Shown here: one piece after another, positions 62,071 through 64,000 of the stretch
How positions within the stretch are numbered: the first letter of the stretch is position 1
Layout: the number at the start of each line of letters is the position of its first letter
Assembly: GCA_009841605.1 (NCBI GenBank)
Contig: VXLM01000122.1
Span: 11,198 to 75,197 of the forward strand
Reading direction: 5' to 3'
DNA: 64,000 nt
From: Dehalococcoidia bacterium
GTDB lineage: Bacteria; Chloroflexota; Dehalococcoidia; Lucifugimonadales; VXLM01
The notes under the pieces: generated by a model
What the model was told of the DNA's origin: nothing
Seen by the model: only the letters and a program-made list of their open reading frames with translations
The model's database searches: none
Position numbers and translations under genes: made by a program

Positions 62071-63501
62071 ATGCCGTCCACTACCTCATACGACGCGGTT
62101 GTCATCGGAGCGGGCCCGAATGGGCTGTCGGCGGCCATCGTGCTGGCCCAAGCGGGCAAGTCGGTCCTCGTCGTTGAGTCGAAGGATAGCGTAGGCGGTG
62201 GTATGCGTTCCGCCCAACTGACCCTGCCGGGCTTCGTTCACGATGTCTGCTCGACCGCATACCCCCTCGGCGCGGGGTCGCCGTTCTTCAACTCGCTCCC
62301 GCTTGCCGAACACGGCCTCGAATGGGTCCATCCGACTGCTCCCGTGTCCCATCCCTTTGACGACGGAACGACCGTCGTACTGTATCGCTCGGTAACAGAA
62401 ACGGCCGGTGGGCTGGACTCCGACGCTGAGGCATACCGCAAGCTCATTGGGCCACTGGTCACGGGTTGGGATGATACCGTCGATTACCTACTGTCTCCCT
62501 TTCGGAGCATACCGTCACATCCCATTTCCATGGCGCGCTTCGGTCTGACCGGAACTCGGTCGGTCGAATCGGTGGCTCGGAGCAGGTTTGAGGGTCAAAG
62601 GGCACGGGCGCTGTTCGCGGGGATAGGCGCCCACTCCATGCTCCCCCTTGACCGCGCCTCCACCGCCGCGGTGGGACTGGTGCTTAGCATCGCCGGACAT
62701 GCCGTGGGTTGGCCCTTCGCCCGCGGTGGCGCACAGTCGATTGCACGAGCGCTGGCGTCGTACCTGGAGTCGCTCGGAGGAGAGATCGTCACGAACCGGA
62801 GAATCGAGTCCCTCGATGAACTGCCCGATAGCAGGGTGGTGCTCTGCGATATCTCGCCCGCACAGCTGCTGGAGATCGCCGGTGATAGGCTCGATGACCG
62901 TTACCGTCGACGCCTCGAGTCGTATCGATATGGGGTCGGCGTGTGTAAGATCGACTTCGCGCTGGACGGGCCGATCCCTTGGAAGGATCCCATGGTTGCG
63001 TGGGGAGGAACAGTCCATGTCGGGGGAACACTCGCGGAGATTGCCGATGCTGAGGCTGGGGTATGGGAGGGCAAAGTCCCCGAAAGGCCGTTCCTGCTCG
63101 TCGCTCAGCCCAGTCTGTTCGACGACTCCCGCGCACCAGAAGGGAAACATACGGCTTGGGCGTACACACACGTCCCCCACGGCTCGACGTTCGACACGAC
63201 CGACCGCATCGAGGCTCAGATTGAGCGCTTCGCTCCCGGTTTCCGCGACCGGATACTGGCAAAGCACGTCATGAATCCGGCCGCGCTGCAGGCCTATAAC
63301 GCGAACTACGTCGGCGGCGACATCAACGGAGGCGTTCAGGACTTTCGGCAGACGTTTGCCCGGCCAATGCTTCGCTGGAACCCGTACTCCACCTCGGTCA
63401 AGGGCCTCTACATATGCTCCGCTTCCACGCCGCCGGGCGGAGGCGTTCACGGCATGTGCGGTTACCACGCGGCCCGGTCGGCATTGCGAGAGGTGTTTTA
63501 A
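62071..63501 (+). CDS. Phytoene dehydrogenase-like FAD-dependent oxidoreductase
   Basis: VIGAGPNGL, GF.HDVCS and CSASTPPGGGVHGMCG. Start at ATG 62071. Confidence 0.88.
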   Translation: MPSTTSYDAVVIGAGPNGLSAAIVLAQAGKSVLVVESKDSVGGGMRSAQLTLPGFVHDVCSTAYPLGAGSPFFNSLPLAEHGLEWVHPTAPVSHPFDDGTTVVLYRSVTETAGGLDSDAEAYRKLIGPLVTGWDDTVDYLLSPFRSIPSHPISMARFGLTGTRSVESVARSRFEGQRARALFAGIGAHSMLPLDRASTAAVGLVLSIAGHAVGWPFARGGAQSIARALASYLESLGGEIVTNRRIESLDELPDSRVVLCDISPAQLLEIAGDRLDDRYRRRLESYRYGVGVCKIDFALDGPIPWKDPMVAWGGTVHVGGTLAEIADAEAGVWEGKVPERPFLLVAQPSLFDDSRAPEGKHTAWAYTHVPHGSTFDTTDRIEAQIERFAPGFRDRILAKHVMNPAALQAYNANYVGGDINGGVQDFRQTFARPMLRWNPYSTSVKGLYICSASTPPGGGVHGMCGYHAARSALREVF

Positions 63502-63609
63502 ATGGCTGTCCGCGTCGGGATCGAGTATTGTATGCGGAGCATAATTGCGTCCCATACCTGCATCGAATCGCGCTTGCCTGCATCGAATTGACTGAAGGAG
63601 AGTTTGTCC

Positions 63610-64000
63610 ATGAGCCCTAGAACACTCAAGATGCTGCTCGCCGGACTCGGTGTCGGCACGCTCGCAGTTGTGACCCTGGCGTGTGGCTCTCAAGAGGTGG
63701 ACGAACCGGCAGAGGACGTGGCAAGCCCCACGGTCGAGCAGGCAGCCCCTTCTCCCCCGCCCCCCCCGACTGTACCCCCCACGACCGCGCCGTCACCCGA
63801 ACCAACGGCAACACAGGCGCCCTCAACCACGAACCGGAGCAGCATAGGCGATCCCAGGAAAAACGATGGCGGCGCCCTCAACGTCACCTCAGTCGTCGTT
63901 GACGGTAGAGAGTACGAAGTCGCCAAGATTCTCTCTCAGGATGCTATTCCGGCGATCTTCAATCCAAACTTCTACACTCCCGAAGAAGCGGAACATCAAT
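63610..64000 (+). CDS. Lipoprotein, probably DUF3179 family (partial)
   Basis: MSPRTLKMLLAGLGVGTLAVVTLAC lipobox, P/T linker and ILSQDAIPAIFNP. It runs off the window. Confidence 0.6.
   Translation, partial: MSPRTLKMLLAGLGVGTLAVVTLACGSQEVDEPAEDVASPTVEQAAPSPPPPPTVPPTTAPSPEPTATQAPSTTNRSSIGDPRKNDGGALNVTSVVVDGREYEVAKILSQDAIPAIFNPNFYTPEEAEHQ

Noticed and set aside
62071-63501. Carotenoid biosynthesis (crtI)
   Set aside because: There is no crtB/crtE nearby, and it matches the broad phytoene-dehydrogenase-like group of unknown substrate.
62515-63693. 392-aa minus-strand ORF, and similar long antisense ORFs such as 19398-20396 and 14389-15318
   Set aside because: These are shadow ORFs opposite well-supported genes, which is expected in GC-rich DNA. 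They have no recognisable motifs.

Overview
GC-rich bacterial chromosomal segment. The gene content points to Chloroflexota (Dehalococcoidia/SAR202-like), possibly sponge-associated: many SDR, Gfo/Idh/MocA, DapA-like and SelA-like paralogues, PTATP-linker lipoproteins, a sortase and eukaryotic-like repeat proteins. This taxonomy is inferred from gene content only. Housekeeping genes: a complete F1Fo ATP synthase operon (atpZ/I-B-E-F-H-A-[orf96]-G-D-C), gatC-gatA, citrate synthase and an archaeal-type PEP carboxylase. Accessory content: a Septu-like PtuA/PtuB defence pair next to vapB and a broken vapC, a receiver-kinase-receiver two-component locus, a 1810-aa S8 protease with FN3/LRR modules, an orphan ABC solute-binding protein with a repeat stalk, tandem TolB-like paralogues and several small intergenic repeats. 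The two strongest candidates for something undescribed are (i) a TusA + DsrE + TusA::MetE-like fusion cluster suggesting a sulfur relay coupled to a Zn thiol-alkylating enzyme, and (ii) a degenerate receiver-like ORF embedded between atpA and atpG. No rRNA, tRNA, CRISPR array or transposase was seen. All family calls come from reading motifs by eye, not from database searches.
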